Of a stretch of DNA of 64,000 nucleotides, positions 26,250 to 39,900 are shown piece by piece. Positions within the stretch are counted from its first letter, which is position 1. Every line of letters begins with the position of its first letter. The notes under the pieces were generated by a model that was given only the letters and a program-made list of their open reading frames with translations, was not told the DNA's origin and did no database searches. The DNA is from Bugula neritina (lineage: Eukaryota; Animalia; Bryozoa): NCBI GenBank assembly GCA_964035545.1, contig OZ037765.1, positions 12,720,698 through 12,784,697 on the forward strand, written 5' to 3'. The position numbers and the translations under genes were made by a program.

Positions 26250-29200
26250 TCAGCCATTGCAACACTTCTTACTCTCCTTGAATGAACCAATTTGTAATCC
26301 ATGCTCATATCTTTTTATGCCTTCATCTTCCCTTTCCTTCATTATCCTATAAAAATTACAAGTGATTCATTGAAAATGCTGTGATTGATTTAGTGTTACG
26401 TGACATAAAATGGATAAAGCACAGGGAAGTATTCTTGTAAACAAGTAAACATACTGCCATGTCAATCCGCAGGAAGTCTGTTGATATAATATGTAAATAC
26501 ATTTTTATGCATGAATCACTTCAGCATTATGGAGTTGTTTGAAAAAACTGTAGAAGCGATGCAACAAATTTCTTTTTCGCCATACAGTTGGAGTGCAGAG
26601 TATATGATATATCATATATATATATAAGAATAAGATCACTTTAGACTTAGGGCTTCCACTTATAAGAAAGTACTAGCTATAACACATGATGAAATGGTCA
26701 CATGTTTTAAATAATTGATGACAAGCTGTAAAGTATTCACCATTTTTATTGGCATGACTAAATATATAATGCCACAGGCATGTATATAAACATTGACAAA
26801 TCAGTTTTAACAAAATTCAACAAGAGAACTGGTTATAATAGTGCAGAGTATTTCACTAAAACATTTCGTCATACAATACAAACAAATGATAATTCTGGTG
26901 CCGAAAATATTATATATTGTAATATTGTACCTTCCAAGCCGGTGGATACAAGAGTTCAGCTGCTCTCCTGTTTTGGCACTCAGCTCACTGAACATGGTTT
27001 TACATTCATTGGCTAGTTGTTCCCCCATCTCTGAGCTGATCACCTAATAATAGAGTTTGACATTTTACATAGCAATCTAAAAATAATATTTATATCTGGT
27101 AATGTGCTACAATAAGGTTTTGTGGCTTCACTATCAACACTACATTGAAAGGCTATTATTTAAGGCTGTTGAATATACTATTAAATATTAGTAATTATAA
27201 CTGAAAATATGTCAACTTCTAAAAGTTTAAATTCAGATAAGATATTCTATGACATATTCAATCAAATACCAAGAGTGCTGTAGATTTATTGTTGGTTCGA
27301 CCTTCAAATGGCATTTTTAGAAATATCTTTAGGCTTATGATATTATACCCCATTATAATGTCTTTAGGCAATTACCTAATTGAACTTAAGGTATATATTT
27401 ATTTAATCCTATATAGTGAAGCGAAGCAGTATATGGATTATTACTCATCAAAGTGTAAACAGATTCGATAGACTTTTTGACATAAGGTTCCTTACATGAA
27501 TAATTCTTAGTCAACACTTTTTGTCTTATTCATCTGCGGTAAAGTTGTAGACATGACTATAACGGGCATGATGTTTAGCAGACTATTACAGTGAATTGTT
27601 GAAGAAATTAAAGGAAATATAGATATTGAGACAAGCTAGTAACCTTACTGAAATGATATTTTATAAACATTATTAAAAAGTTTTTAAAACCTCTGTAAAG
27701 TCATTGAGTCATCTTTGGGCATATAAATTAATATACACTTTAAATGGATTTCGCTGAAATATTATGACAATTTATTAAAGGGTGAAATGAAAGTATATAA
27801 CTAGATTCGGCAATTATATGCATCACAAGATGGTGCCAGTGGCTGTTACCTTAAATCCTAGCTCTTCTTTCTCTCCTCTGAGGTCTATCTTGTTAGCACA
27901 TATCATAATAGGTAAATCATCCATGTCGGAGTTACTGCGTATTATTTCTATCCATTCTCTTACACTAAGGAAGGAACTCTCTGTGCAACAGTCATACATC
28001 AGAACCACACCATCAACTTTTCGAAAATAAGGAGTGGAGATGCATCGAAACCTACAAACACATTTCTCTTTTATAACTTGCCATCTGAATAAAAAACCTA
28101 CTAACTGCAATACACAGATTAGTCTATATTCATGCAATATAGCCAAAAAAAGCATAACACCTGCATTAAGAGCTACATCAAGTATAGTTATTATCATTTA
28201 TACTGAACAAACATAATGTATATACAAAGAGTTTCCTGTACCATTTTTTAATATCAAAAAAATCCTGTATAATAAAATAAATGTATGAAATGAACCATAA
28301 ACTTTTTTAATCAGCATGTATATGATATGCAATTACTTTTTGTTCTAAAAATATCTTACAGGAGTATGATAATGTGATCACAAGATTATGATATGCTCTT
28401 ATCTCAACACTGTTTATATGAAAAATAATCTTATCTAATTTCATTATAAAACAAATCAATATGAGTAATTTTTCTGTAACAACAGTGTGAAGTTGTGTCC
28501 CCACAGCGAAGCTTCAAGTCATGGCACTTTACAAAGCTTTGTTGCGTTCCTTATAAATAGTTCAAGTAGAAATACACAGTTTTTATCTAGAGTGCCATGT
28601 GATGTGATGCATCTAGTTATACCTTTCTTGACCCGCAGTGTCCCACAGCTGTAACGTTATTTTTATTCTGTCCACTTCTATGTTCTTTGTGTAGAAGTCA
28701 ATCCCAAGAGTGGCTGCCGTGTTCAGCTGGAAATACCCTTTACAAAAGTGAGTCACAAAACTCGTCTTTCCTACACCAGCATCACCAACAAATATCACCT
28801 ACAAATAGCCATAAAAGAGCTAAGGGACTGTTAGATGGAAAATATACATATGCTAAGCTAGCATGATGTTCGGACAATTTGAGCAAACGAATTGTGCAGT
28901 TTACTAAAGCCTGTTATAAAAAAGTTAAATAATTTATAATTTTATGAGTAAATGTGAGAGAGCTTAAAAACCTATGCACTATCTTACACAGTTCAATAAT
29001 GACTATATTGAAACTGTTTATAATGACAAATTTACCAATCAAATACAAGATTTGATGACAGAGTAACACAATCATATGACATATGCATATGTTCCAAAAT
29101 TTGAACTGTGATTGTGTTGAATAGTAGGTATAACTCTTATGTAAAGATGATATTATTCAACAGTACAAAAATATAATAAAATGAGGTCACATAGTAAGCT

Positions 29201-32200
29201 TGTAAAAATATATAAAATATTCGTTTTTTTAATATTTGATGCCAACAAATTTCAACTACTAATTAGTTTTAACGCTTGAAAAATGTAATTGCTGGGAACT
29301 TGGCTTATTTTGGGTCAAGGTTTAGCTTATACATGTATTGTGAAAGCCTTCAGGTGGACATTCTGTAAGAGAAAACGAAATCATATAACTGAGCTCATGA
29401 CAAATTCTAATTGGGATAGCCTTGCACAAAGACGTGACAATGCAGACCAAAAAATGTACTTTCGTATGCTTTCTGGTAGTGCCGCCATAGACCAAGACCG
29501 GTTCTCCCTTCATTTTGCAGAGTCTCACAATACCAGACATGGTGCTATTAAGGGCAATATCAATACCAAAACTGCCAAACATTCATATAAACATCGCATC
29601 CATAAACTTTTCTAATGATTCTAGCTGCTTTGCCTAACTGATTATAAGCACTTAACACCGACTCTGCTTTATATCATCTGAAGCTGTGCGGTGTATATCT
29701 ATTTATTTATTTACTTTTTTTTTTTTTTTTTCTCTTTCTTTTTTTCTTTCTCTCCTGGCAGTAGCTAGCTATTGAGCTTTGAATCGAAGCATAATTAACT
29801 ATATTCTTATCTCGTAGACAAAATAGTTTTCTTCCTTACTACTGATAATCTAAACAATTGTTCATACACCACTGCATCTCGATAAAGGAGCCAAAGCGCT
29901 CCGAGTGAGATTAATTAGATGAGATGAGATGAGATTATCCAGTTATCCTCCTAACGTATTAATTGTATTTTCTTACACTGTTTTAGCTTGATTGAAAAAA
30001 AATCCATCTCCCATGTGATTAGTCATTACAGTTGCAGTTCTTATATTAATTGTTATACTAAAACACTTAGTAAACAGGAAAGAACTAAAAGTTTTAACAG
30101 GAAATGCCAATCACTCCATCATCGGCATTAATTTTTGCAGACAACGTCACAAGGACTTTTTTCTCAGAAACTTTATAGTTTATTTTATAGAACTTTACTT
30201 TACTGTTGGCAACTTTCCTATTTAGAGTTCAGGTTCACAAAGAGCAAGGTGTTGGAGTAGAAATGGAAATATGAACAGCACATTTATATTTGACAGAATT
30301 AACTGACAAGTTCTTATTATAAGTATTAGTCAGAGTGACATCAGGTTAAAATAAACACAAGTTAGCTATTGTTTATTGCTGATAATCCTCTGTAAACAAG
30401 TATAATATTTTTTCACAAGGAATTATACAGCTAATGAATTAAATATGTTCTCAAACCTTTGCAAACACAAACCTTATATAGTCGTTGTGGGGCATAATCT
30501 GTAAAAGTTGAAGAAACTGACAACAAAGTATCTGTACTGTCGTGGTACATGTCACTTTTGTGGCTCCTTCTTCTGTTTGAAATTCTTGGGTTGTCAGTCA
30601 ACTCATCTACTCCTTCAAGAGATTGTGTCTAAAAATGCATAATTCCTTATATACAAAGATATTGGTGTCAGTTAATAAGCAATATTTTTATTTTATTTAT
30701 TTAATTGAGTCGTGTCATAGAACCATATACTCAGACGATAACGATATTGGCATTTCTTTTACTACACAACATTATTATATATTGTTTATTCATTTTTCTA
30801 ATACTTGAAACAGACATTTAAAATTTACATCCCTGTCGCTCAAACTTGTGTCAAAACATAAGATTGTTATCGGACCAGCACAGCGTATGTAACTTTTCTT
30901 AATTCCCTAATTTATAGCACATCAGTAATATTTGTTCCTAAAGCCAGCCAATTGAAATATTTTTCAGCATAATAATATGTGAAAACTGACAGCAGTAATA
31001 ATATTATAATCGTTATTTATTGAAATAGACTTATTCTTATGTGTTTGAACCTAACATATATTTGCGACATAAATCTCATTGATGACAGTGAGTTTAATTA
31101 GCTAAATGTTGAAGGTACTTTTAACAAAATAAAATTATACAAGTAAATTATAGTATTTAACATTGAGCTCATATGTTTATACCTCTACCAGAAAGGGCCT
31201 GGTTAGATTTTCTGTCAGCGTTCCTTTTCGACGCTGGAAAAGGTGATGCTGCTCATTTGCATTAGTATGGTGAGCTGTGTGCTGCCGCCCATCTGTGTGA
31301 AGACGCTCATCTGCTGCAAACAATCAGAACTTAGCCATAGTTTGTTGATTATATAGTTTATGGTTGCATACCTGAAACTCCCAACCGTCTAGCAATGAAA
31401 CCTCCATTGAAGTGCAGTAGTGGACAAATTTTGTTAGCCTAGGCTCTTAAATTTCTTAATAAGTTTTGGTTTGGGGTTCGGGTTGAAATTTTTGTAAGAA
31501 CATAACTTCTTGTGCTATATTTTGGATCTAGAACACAGGCTTTTTTCAATTTCTCCAATACTGCACCTACCTCCAATGAATTATGCTACTGAGGCTACAT
31601 CTCCTCTACTGTCACATGACACGCACTGAGATATGAAATGCCGTACTGCACCTACCCCCAATGAAGTATATGCTACTGAGGCTACCTTTCTTCTACTGTC
31701 ACATGACACATACTGACCTGCAGTCCCATATTCTGCAGAGGAAGCTAAGCTAGCTTGCTCGAGCTCTTCACACAAGGATATGCCTGGGTATTTTGGTCCA
31801 GTTCTTTCAAATGCTTTTGGAAGTTGAATAGATTGCGAGCTGTATATATAAAAATATATTTATACTGCTGACATGTGAAAATAGTTATCGTGCAGGTCAA
31901 AAGAATGTTATGCCTGTCACAGGCAGTCTATTTCATTGCAATACTATAACAATTTCTGTAACTAAAAAGAACTCATTTTAAAAATGTTTCTTCAGAAGTG
32001 TTAATAATGAAGCTCAAAGATTTATTGTTTATAGCTAACAGTGGTTTTACAAAATCCCTGTTGAATACATGTTGAGTTACATGACCTGTAAAAACATATT
32101 GCCAAAACTCAAACCAGCTTCCAAAGTTTGAAATATGTTTACCCTTACTTTTCGTCGCTTGTGGCAAACATAAAACCAACAAATCATATAATATTATATG

Positions 32201-33557
32201 TAAACAATGTACCTAGAAAAAGAATTGGAAGTAGGAGATTGGCCCTGGTCAGTGTGTATTTTCCCTTTGATATCATTTAATTCTTCATTTAAGGAGTTGT
32301 TGGTTTCATTTAGTTGTTTGTTGATCACCCTGGTATAATGTGTAACATAGAATGCAGTGAAAACTTATACTTTGTACTAATTTATACCAAAAGTGTTGTA
32401 AATTTATACATTTATAATGTGATCCTTTACTCAGCAGTTATAAAGATCAAATGAATGACAATATAAACAAGTTAATTTGTTGAGGAGTTGTCTTTTCTTT
32501 TCCAAGTACCAAACCTACTTAACAATTATTACTAGAAAAATAGACAGTACTCTGCATTTATGGCCCTAATTACTAAACACAAGTTTTAACAACCTCTCTT
32601 TTGTGCGATAAGCATGTTGAAGCTGTTAATAACTGTACTATGTTCCTTCTAGCTATATAAGTAGTTGTAATTGGATAATTTATGTTTTGATCAGGAAGTT
32701 TTGTATTATAATTAATGGTCATAGTACATTGATATATTATAAAGGCATTTTTAGCTAAACTTGGTTAGGACTTTGGAAGCAAAATAATAGTCGTTTAGTT
32801 ATGAAAGTAATTTCATTAAAAATATGTTTCTGCACTTGGTGCCTATTGCTATTAAATTTGTCTTAATTGTTCCTAGCGAATAATTATCTTTAGTATACCA
32901 TGCAGTTGCATGTTAATCATTTGATGGTAGATATTCATTATAGCTTGTACTACTTACTGCAACTGGTCCACTTGATCTGTTAGCAGTGATAACTCAGTCA
33001 TGTACTCTGACATCCAGTCATTTTCTCTACAAAATCATTCTTATATCAACTCACTTAAGATATACATGCACCCTCCTGTTAAATAATTACTTTCAAAATA
33101 TATCTGAATAATACAGTCATACTCATATATAGGTATAGCAGGAATATCAATGTTATAGTATATAGTCATCTTTCATATTTATATAAGAGATATGAGACAT
33201 TCAAGGTTTAAATAAACTGGGTGAAAACCCAGGCGCAGAAAAGTTTTGCCTGACTAAAGTGTGATAATTTCAGTTGTGTTTTGAGGCTAGAAGCAAGTGA
33301 TGAAAACATTTTCTATAAGCAGTTGTGTACTTGGTAGGTTAAAATAAATAGACAACTCTAAAAGAAACAAATTAATTGCTTGGATCACTGATCTGGCCAG
33401 GTCCGTTCCCAGCATTGCACCAGCTTAGTCATTTAAGAAGTATTTGTTAATACAAGGTTTGCCTAGAATGTTCAGTGCTTTAGGTGTAGTTAGTTACAGC
33501 TATCAATGTGAACAACAAATCAACATATTTTTTATATTATGTCACAAACTTAGAGAA

Positions 33558-33612
<55 letters not shown>

Positions 33613-33858
33613 GAAATAAAATGAGATTTGATTAATATAATGGCATTTATTACTAGTAGTTTCGTACACAAGAACGATGTGCACTCGTCAGATAAATTAG
33701 TGGCTAATTTATCTGACGAGTGCACATCGTTCTTGTGTACGAAACTACTAGTAATAAATGCCATTATATTAATCAAATCTCATTTTATTTCTTCTAATGT
33801 TTACGCTCTAGATTTATTTCTATAGAGCACTCTAGTAACGTTTTATAAACACTCATTT

Positions 33859-33907
<49 letters not shown>

Positions 33908-36900
33908 CAGTCAGTTTATGATAGTACAGTCAACAGTTACAGCGTGCCACATCACTGGTAGGCAGTTGCTGTAAAGGCAGTAAACCTTACTGGTAAGACG
34001 TGGAGAGGGTTTGCATCTCTTGTTTGCAAGTTGCTAGTTGAGTTTTTACTATCATCAGCTGAGTATCAACTTCTCTCTTCTCTTGAGCCAATGTCTTATT
34101 CCTTTTGTCGACTGTATGGAGTTGATCTTTTACAGCTTTCACCTCCAGCTGTGCCTACAGTTGTGTTACATAATATTCTCAATAGTTCCAAAGTTACTTG
34201 CAAGTTTGAAAAACCTGAGAATTTTGAGCATTAGCAAATTTTAAATAAGACAAAGCCATGTCGAGCTAAATAAAGCTAGACCAAGAGCAATGATTCTGCA
34301 TGAGTGATTTTAAATGTAGTTTTTAATTAGATCACTGGTCAGTTTCTTCAACATTAATTTGGAGATGTGGTAGATAAACTGTTCCACTCCTATTGGTAGG
34401 AGATTTGTCGCCTTGAAGTTTTAAATTTCTTGGCTGCTAAAATATTCTTGCCTCTTGTAATGTGTTTCACTTTCATGAATTAAAATTCTATTTGCATTCT
34501 AATTACAGTTCTAATTGCTTAAATGAGCCCAAAAGCACAAATTTGGCAACTTTAGCTAAAACTGTGAAACAAAAAATATGTTACAATACTTTTTTATCTT
34601 TATTGCATGCCTAGCAGTTTGATTTAACAAGAAATACCTTTTGTTTCAACTCATATTCTGATATCTGCATGTTCTCAAGTTCTTCATTTAGACTAGCTAT
34701 TTTGCTTTGAAGCTCCAGTTTTTCTTCTTTAAACCTTTCTTCCATCTAGAAATATGGTTTGAACAATGTAAGCATGAAACTAACCAGTACTGCTGCTAGC
34801 TTCTATTTTTCTTTTAAAATCAATTGTTGATTTAATAAATTTTTACTTTTAAAAAGAGTATTTATGTGCTTTTGTATAAATAACCTGCTGTTGGAAAAAC
34901 TCAATATCAATACAGCTTGACCTGAAGTATTGGAAGATCACTTTGGAGTTATCATGCTATAGCCTACCTAGAAAAGTGGCGCATGAAGCCATGTATAAAA
35001 TAATTTTGCCACTGGAATTTGAACCCCGAGGCTTTTGTCTTGAAAGCGGGTGCTCTAATTATTACACCACGGGACCACTGGGTAATCACAACATTACACT
35101 GTGTACCTTTTGTGCAGTTCTTTGCTCAATATGCTTGGCCATGTTTTCTGCTTCTTCTTCTATATCAGCCATGCGCATTTTCTGCTTCTTTTGCTCTCTG
35201 AATAACATATTGAAAGTAATTAAAACATGGTAAAGCATGGTTTGTAAGGTGACAGAGAGACTGATACTGATTGAAAATTAAAATGTTTTAACTGGTTAGT
35301 TTCATTTAGATATCTCTAGCTTAAGAAATTAGTGACAAAAAAATTCTATGAACGCTCAGCATCTCCATACGTTTATAGTCAAGTCATTATTATTTTGCAA
35401 ACATTGAACTCTTAAAATTTTTACCACAGCCAAGAAATAATACGTTGGCTACAAAAGTCTATTCGCTAAAGATTTGTATCACTTACAGATGCTTTGTTTA
35501 TAAATAGAAAAATATGTATAGGCCTAATTAAAGCTTTTATTTACATAGCAACCGTTCTGTTACAGGCTGGTCATGTATACCCCCCCTCTAGCAAAGTAAA
35601 GTTTACGTACTGTGCAAAGGCTACTTCCATCTCATCTTTAGCTTTGTGTTGCTCTTTGATGTGCTTCAATGTCTCCTCCACAAACCTGTAGAACTTTTGG
35701 AGCATTTGGGGCTCATGTTGCAAAAGGTACTGATAGATCTGGGCAGCTTCGTTACAGCTAAATTTTACAAAAAATCAATCCTTTTTAAAATCTTGGAACC
35801 CTAAAAGATGACCTCCAAACAACATTTGAAAATTGTTAAATCAATTGCATTTGAACAGTAATTGGAGCAAAAAACTACAGACTAAAGTTATTAGTCTCAA
35901 ATATTTTGGTCACAAAAGATATGAAGCATTATAACTCAAAGCTCCTTGGAGAGTGGCTATACTCTATAGGCCTACTGATACAACTGTAGCTTATCATTAA
36001 GCAGTTGAAAGTAATAGCTGATTTTACAAATATAGTATAATTATACATACCAGTTTGTTACATATTTCTAGAATGTAAATTATATGTGCTCACCTTTCGA
36101 GTGAGCTAAATAACTCCCGCGTGGAACAACGTCTGCTAGTTTGGTAAATGTCTTCCGCAGCACAAGCTTGACTTAAGTATTCTTCTAGTTTTGTCATTCC
36201 AGTAAGATCAACACGACTTGCAGGAACTCGCCTAAACAAGTTATCGAGAAAATTGAAATAGAATCAATGACACCAAATTTCTTAATGCTGCGGCTGGTAA
36301 ATCAATGCTACACCTGAATTGCTTTTCACAATTGAAAAGCTTCAATTGCATTAACACATATTTTTCTTCTGTCATCTTCATTGAAACATTTTTATATACA
36401 AGCTTAAAGCATTGTATAAAGTTAAAATGAGATCCAGCATTTCATTGGTAGGGCATTGAAGCTCGCCCCACTAGTTAGGCATACTAGTAGAGTAAGAACT
36501 GCCCACGCATTTAGGAATACTATTCAATGTAACCTTAGCAACAGGCTGGCATTTTCTAGCAGTTGATGGAAGTACTTATGACATAGCAAACAGTCTAAAA
36601 GTGAAAACATTGCAAGGGAAGCTTTGTAATATAGTAGCCTAAAAATCTTAAGTGAAATAGTATATGATGCTATCATATATAACTACCATCGGGTAAATTA
36701 CACATGGGCATGTTAAATGAATTAACCTTAACTACTATGTCAAAATAATACTAGCAGAACTCTAAAGCTTTAAGTGATTTATTTAGCTAGCAAATCGATT
36801 ATTGTTTCAGAAGATTTAAAGCCCTAGTTGCTATAAAGTGAGTCCTGTGGGTTATGTAAGGGTAGCTAGATCAAATGCCCAGCCTCTATGAATTATATAA

Positions 36901-39900
36901 TAGCCATACTAACTTTTGACAAAATTTAGTAATTCTTAGTCTAAGTTAAAATGTCAATTATCTTAAAGGATTGCTCAATCTTAGTTTATTACAATCACAT
37001 TATAATTATGAACTATAATCTAATGTGTATGCAAAAAATTGTGACTTTGCAAAGGGATATGTGTCTAGAAAACAGCTTTTCAAAATTCCAATTTTGAGGG
37101 AGGTAAAATTTTCAGCCTTGAAAAAGAATAGCCTAATACGTGACGTGTGAACGCCAGTAACTATGCTGCACGTGCTAACTATAACGCTAGTATTCAAGGT
37201 TGCTGAGCACAACATCAACCAATAACGCTCAAGCAGTTACAGCAGGTCAGCTTTGGTGTGCCCGTAATATTGCACAATCTGACCTAGTTTAGATCGATCG
37301 CAGGCATTCATCCTAAAGAATGCATGTTTTTGCAATGCTTTTTTCTAATGTTTACAAGCAAAATATGGCCTAATGTTATCACATACATGTTATTTAAAAT
37401 GTCAAAAAACTATAGATTGAGATAATTCACATTTGCACTTTTATAAATATACAAATTACGAGCTGAAAGATCACATCTCACAGTCATATTTCTATAGTTA
37501 TTCATTTGTATAGTCACGTGACCAGCAGGAATGCTGGCGCTGTTACGTCACATTTCCCAGCTCATTTCAAAATCGGCGTTTTGGCTGTTACCAATCTACA
37601 CCCTCAACTTCAACTAACTTTTTCTACCTTTGGTCAAATGCTTTTTGTCAATGCATGCTTAGAAAAACACAATATTATGTGTGTTTGACCTAAATGGCCA
37701 TTTATTAGACAAGATAGAGCAATCCTTTAAGGTACATGCCTGCAGAAATATCAAAAATTCACCATTCACCAAGTGCATAGAAATTACTTGCTTGATAAAT
37801 AAACTGATAGACTAACAAGATTTTACTTATACTAAGCCTGTGAGTTATTAATTTGACAATTATAATGATTTATCTTGTCTTTTGAAGGTTATACAGTTTC
37901 TTACTCTTTTAAAAAATTAGGGCACCATTTCGAATAACATTTCCTAGTACTGCGTTACTGCTGTTTAAAGTATCTAGTTGAAACTGATTGTATCTGGTTG
38001 AAAGTGGATAGGGAACAGTCAGGTGGAGAGACGTCAAAAACATAAGAAAGGCACCACACATTAGTAGAAGTAATGGAGTGGAAACTTGTCAGATTATTTT
38101 GAAAGTTTCACAACTATGAATAACAGGAAATAAATATATTTACTGTGTTTGGATACAAAATATAAAAATCAGCAGCCGAGGTGCTTTCTTCTAACAATTG
38201 TTATTCTGAATCCTCACTCAATATGTTTTTGGTTATATTTTCTATCATTTTTCTCAAAGCATGTCACAGCCATTCAAATTCTATATCCCAAAGCGATCTA
38301 GTTACTAATTTTTGTAATGTCTTCAGAATTGAAGGAATTTTTTTTTCAAAATTCAAATGTTACATAGCGCAAAGTTTTAAGAAGAGTACAAGAAAAGAAT
38401 CAACAAAATATTATATACTGACTTATAAAACATCAAAGTCTATGTTAAGTACACATTAGTGTTTTGTAGTTCCAATTACTCAGCTGTAGGCTTAGAATTT
38501 CATATAAATTATTCAACTTTGTTTTTGTTATTTAGCTAAACTTGTTGGATGTTGTTGTCATAAACCAAAGTTCAAATTTTGATTTGAACTCAAACAAATT
38601 ATCAAAAAATTTAGTGAATGATTTGTTTTTTATAAGCTAAATCCTAAAAATATATTTTTTTACATTTAATGTTTACCAGTAAATCTTCCACACAGCTGTT
38701 GTACAAAACTTCACATTTCATAGCTAAGTGAAACTTGTTTACATGCAGTAACTGTTGATGAAAATATCATTGCTACTTCTAATAGATATCTTTTCCCATG
38801 GACTCAAATCCAATTATATGTAGCAATGGGGAAATAGAGAAATTTGATTATAACCTACGATCTTCAACTTTGGTTTAGGATACAAGTTAAAAGTCCAACA
38901 AAAACTTTTTCGACAGTTTTATCTAAAATGCAGAACTTTTCCGAATTTCTCCATTACTGCACCTCACTACCTGCAGAAATCACGCAGTTATACAGGTAGT
39001 TACACCATTGATATTTTCATCAACGTGTAGGGCAAAGTACTAGCCATATTATAATGTATACTAATGATGATATTATAGACATATTTGAGGACTCCGAGCT
39101 TGTCATTAATCATCCTGAGAGATTCAAACACAGCGTATGTATAATTGTATTATAGGCTTAGATATAGTATCTGTATTACTCACAGTTATGATATATTGTC
39201 ATAACTTACTGACCGAAGTAGTAAGTTGCAGAGTATTGGTAAATATATATAAACCACAACATCACATCCACATTGCAACACACTACCTGCCGCTACTTTG
39301 TTATCGATGTCAAATTATAAATCAAAGAGTAAGCAAAAGCAATGATAGTGATAATAATATAACAAGGCAGTACGAACATAGCTCTAATGTCAAAAAGTAT
39401 ATTCAAAACATATTTTAGACATCCTACAACTCCCAGGTTATTTACAGTTGTAATCAATGCAGTCATTTCATGAACCAGTTATTTCATGAATAGATTTAAC
39501 CTGATATGTGTTAGGAAATACCTAATATCAATTCAAAAGCAACCATGCTTAGGATGGTTGCTTTTTAGATTGCATAGTCCATAAAACTTGTATAATCATG
39601 TGTAGCATGTTATGGACTCTAAAGTTTATTTATCACAAATCTGAAATCCAGCCTTATATGCATATTTAGGATTATATTATACGTGAATACTGCAAAATAT
39701 TATAATAAGGTGAAAACTATATGCACTCGAAACACTTGCTATGAACCATGAATGCACTTATAGATTGATATTTGATTGATATATTATCATGTTCAACAAG
39801 TACATAGTGATTAAATAAAATAAACTATAGAGTGATATTTTTAGCAAAGAAGAGTAGCTGATATCCTAAAAGAGTAATAAAAAGTATTTTATCATATTTC

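Noticed and set aside
33537-33825. Two opposite-strand ORFs with nearly identical translations
   Set aside because: Artefact of the perfect palindrome; no coding evidence.
35004-35078. Functional tRNA gene
   Set aside because: Acceptor and anticodon stems do not pair; kept only as a SINE head or pseudogene.
38755-39023. Short inverted repeat gttgatgaaaatatca / tgatattttcatcaac
   Set aside because: Only about 16-19 bp with no TSD; too little to call an element.
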